A stretch of 64,000 nt of DNA from Botryllus schlosseri (lineage: Eukaryota). The position numbers and the translations under genes are program-made. Positions 60,997 to 64,000 of the stretch are shown one piece after another. Under the pieces are notes generated by a model, which searched no databases, had not been told where the DNA came from, and worked only from the letters and a program-made list of their open reading frames with translations. The stretch is taken from NCBI GenBank assembly GCA_051294905.1, contig CM119372.1:9984001-10048000 (forward strand). The letters run 5' to 3'. Position 1 is the first letter of the stretch; each line of letters starts with the position of its first letter.

Positions 60997-63900
60997 TTCA
61001 TTTCATACCTGATAGTATAGTTTCGTTGTTTCTGATTTATCACAGAAGCGTATTTGCAATATAACATACCGTACTCAACTTTATAAAGTCTGCTGCACAC
61101 TGGCTTTTCTACAAGCCTAGAAAAAGTAATTCCCCGATCATGTTGATTTTCAACTTTGCCGGAGAGTTGCACAACCTGGTCGCCGACGCTCTGTTGCGAA
61201 GTCTGGCGACGCGGTGTGCATTATTCCGTAGCAGACAGGCGCGATTCTGTAGTTTTGTCGTGTCGCGAGAGCCAGTGTGCAGTGCAGCCGGCTTTAGCTG
61301 AAACTGATACAGGCGTACAATACCTGTGCTGAATGCAATTGAGACTTAATACATCGTCCTTTACTTGACTTCAAATAATTTAGTGTCATTTCAAGTTGAA
61401 TACTATAATCAGAGTCTGTAGCCTGTCGCCGTGGCTTCTGATGTACAGGCTTATTACATTTTACCTCGCCTGAATAATTACTATCGGAAGCGCGGTGCTA
61501 TTACAAGATGCCATGCACCTCCGCTTATTATATGGTAAGGTTGCCACAACTTTACATCCCGAGTACTAACATCGGCAGTAGGCCAACATCACTCTATTCA
61601 TCGCGTTTGACGATTAAATCAGTTATTCCCAAACTTCGTTTCACCATCTCCGGGCTAGAATGAGTCAAGCATTGATTAACTTTTCTATCATTAAAATTGA
61701 CTGAAACATTTTCGCCTCCTGTCTTTCAAAATCATCCACTTCTGGAACTACCGGTTGAAATCGAAATCACGGCACCGTATCAATAATCGAGTTCAAGAGC
61801 TGTTGCGCAATCGATCATTTATCAATTCGTGATGATAAGTAGGGCGATTTTACCCAAAGAACTGAAGATTTTGACCTAAAACATCAAAATTTTGGCATTT
61901 CTTGACTTTAAAAAACTTACTGTTGACCAAATTCTGACCTAACGTATGCGAATTACGTGTTACCCTCATAATGTTAGAATTATACTACTCATCTTCATTT
62001 CTGGTTGGAACTGTCTGTCTTTACAAAGTAGTTGGGCATGAAAAAAACTTTTTCGACTGACAAATCTTTACATGAAAAAACTTTAGTTCAACGAGATCTG
62101 GCCCTATGAAGAATTCCAGTAGTTACATCACGTATTACTGTAGAAATAGATAAAATTTGTTGCAGTACAACGAAGATACTTTCCTGCATTCTCGGGTAGA
62201 AAGTGGCTGTCCTTACTAAGTAGCTTGTTAAGAATTGAGAAAGAATGATCAACAGCAGCAGTTGTTGACTGACTGTCAATGGTGTCTGCATCACAATTTT
62301 TAATCATGCGCTTCTTGATATAAGAACCATGCAGTGCCCATGCATGCAGTCTTGTTTCTGTTAGGATATTGCGGTACGTTGAGCATAACTCCATGTCAAC
62401 CAATTTGTTTTATTTGAATGTTTATGATTCACATTGAGCAGACAACAGAGTTGGATCAATTACATTATTTCAGTTCAATTACAATTACAATTACAATTAC
62501 TTTCATGCATGTGTCAATTACATTACAATTACAATTACTCCATGCTAAAAATATCAAATTACAATTACAATTACTCCTTGCATGCTTCAATTACATTACA
62601 ATTACAATTACAATAGGCCTTTTGCAGTACTTCGATCACGTGACTAGATACGCATAGCAACAACAAATTGGTTAGCAAGCTACTTTCTCGCGCACCTGCT
62701 TCAGTGCTAAATATCGCATAGTGTACTGTTGATTTCTGGTTGTAAACGTTTCGGAAATTTGTTGTAGAAGTCATCAGAGATTCACCTATGCTAGATGTCA
62801 ATCCTGTACAAAGCATTTAGAATGATATCGTCAGAATTACGCAGAAATCCATCGGTAACGTAGTCGTATTACGGTACTCAACTCTGATCATATGTACTTA
62901 AATTTATGCATTTGAAGTAAAGCGATTGGCTTATATTCTGGTAAGAGTATTTGTTAGTTCAAGCAGTACTATTTGTCTGTTGTGGAGCCTGATTTTGGAT
63001 GGAAGATATGGCTGAAGCAGCCGGGACCCGCAAGGATCAGGATATAGGCTACTGTTTGCTGGTTTGGGTGCTGGCGTGCTGCTATAAAACAAATGTCGCT
63101 GTACACATCGGAAGTATCTTTTGGGAGAACCTGCCGTCAAGACTAAGCAAATCAGTGCACTTTATTGTTGCCTTATACAATGCCAATTTTATTACCACTA
63201 CTTCGCAGCTGCGATTGAAGTGGATTTGGCAAATCACACTCGATTTTGATGAATAGTTGATGTCACATGTGCGATATTTAGCGAACTAAGGAAGTAACTA
63301 TCATATAACTCTTAGAGCAGCTCAAACGCAGTGACAAGATCGGTCATCCTATACCCAGACGTGGTCAACGTGGTCATTGTTGGGAACCGAGTAGAAGTAA
63401 TGCCTTAATTTATACTCCAGTACAAGTAGCTCTAATTACTTCCAGGACATGTCCAAAGTACTTCAAGTGGAAGTAGAAATGAATTTATGAAAAGCGGTCA
63501 AGAAATTCGTTACATGAAGTAGATTTGGTTGAGGGTCACTTAGTTTTAGATATTGATGCCATGTGACAACTGTAAACATTGCATGTTGCATCTTTGCATG
63601 TTGCATCTTCTTGATCAACGCAAAAGGGTGATGACACCACAAATAAGTGCAATTTTCAAAAATTAATTTAGTTACCGTGGTACTGGGGCTATTTTGCCCA
63701 GTTGTTATGACAACCTCGCGCTTGAAGGGGATGCAATCGTGCGCCAAAGCTACTTTCTAGTTGACAAAATCCCAAACCTGACAAAAAAGTACTACCTTAA
63801 AAGTGTCAAGTAGAAGTGGAAGTAGCCTAAACTCATATTGACGCTAGTACTCAGGTAAAATAATACGGTACTTCGTTGCTGACCCCCTCTGTGTATTGGC

Positions 63901-64000
63901 TCAACCAACTCAGAAACATCCTCTAAAGACGACTAACATTGTTTCTTTCGCATTGACTCCGTAATATTCTGAACTTATGATATTCTTTGATTCATTGAAT

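Noticed and set aside
62418..62657. ITITIT / LQLQL ORFs
   Set aside because: Translations of a CAATTA hexamer array at a MITE end.

Overview
AT-rich animal genomic DNA with GT-AG introns (an invertebrate, possibly a tunicate; this is inference only). The window holds a tandem cluster of paralogous 7-exon class A (rhodopsin-like) GPCR genes that the ORF track shows only as fragments. I assembled two complete 363-aa genes by hand (27..19923 and 36491..43112, + strand), a third running off the right end (55983..60159+), an inverted internally deleted pseudogene (24872..25573, - strand) and an extra intact first coding exon (27471..27544) that could give gene 2 an alternative N-terminus. The receptors have unusual motifs: DRY->FRL, CWxP->GYLP, Asp3.32 with Arg7.43 and Glu7.46. 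Introns and spacers are filled with nested transposons: many hAT MITEs with 8-bp TSDs, a Chapaev-3 relic, a CACT-terminal element, P-like elements including a 31-bp excision-footprint-like insert, an RNase H-bearing LINE with a SINE sharing its 3' tail, and an RTE LINE. There are also a 2.2-kb transposon palindrome, 28S rRNA fragments and a (TTCA)n microsatellite. All alignments were made by eye; family names come from recalled motifs, not from database searches.
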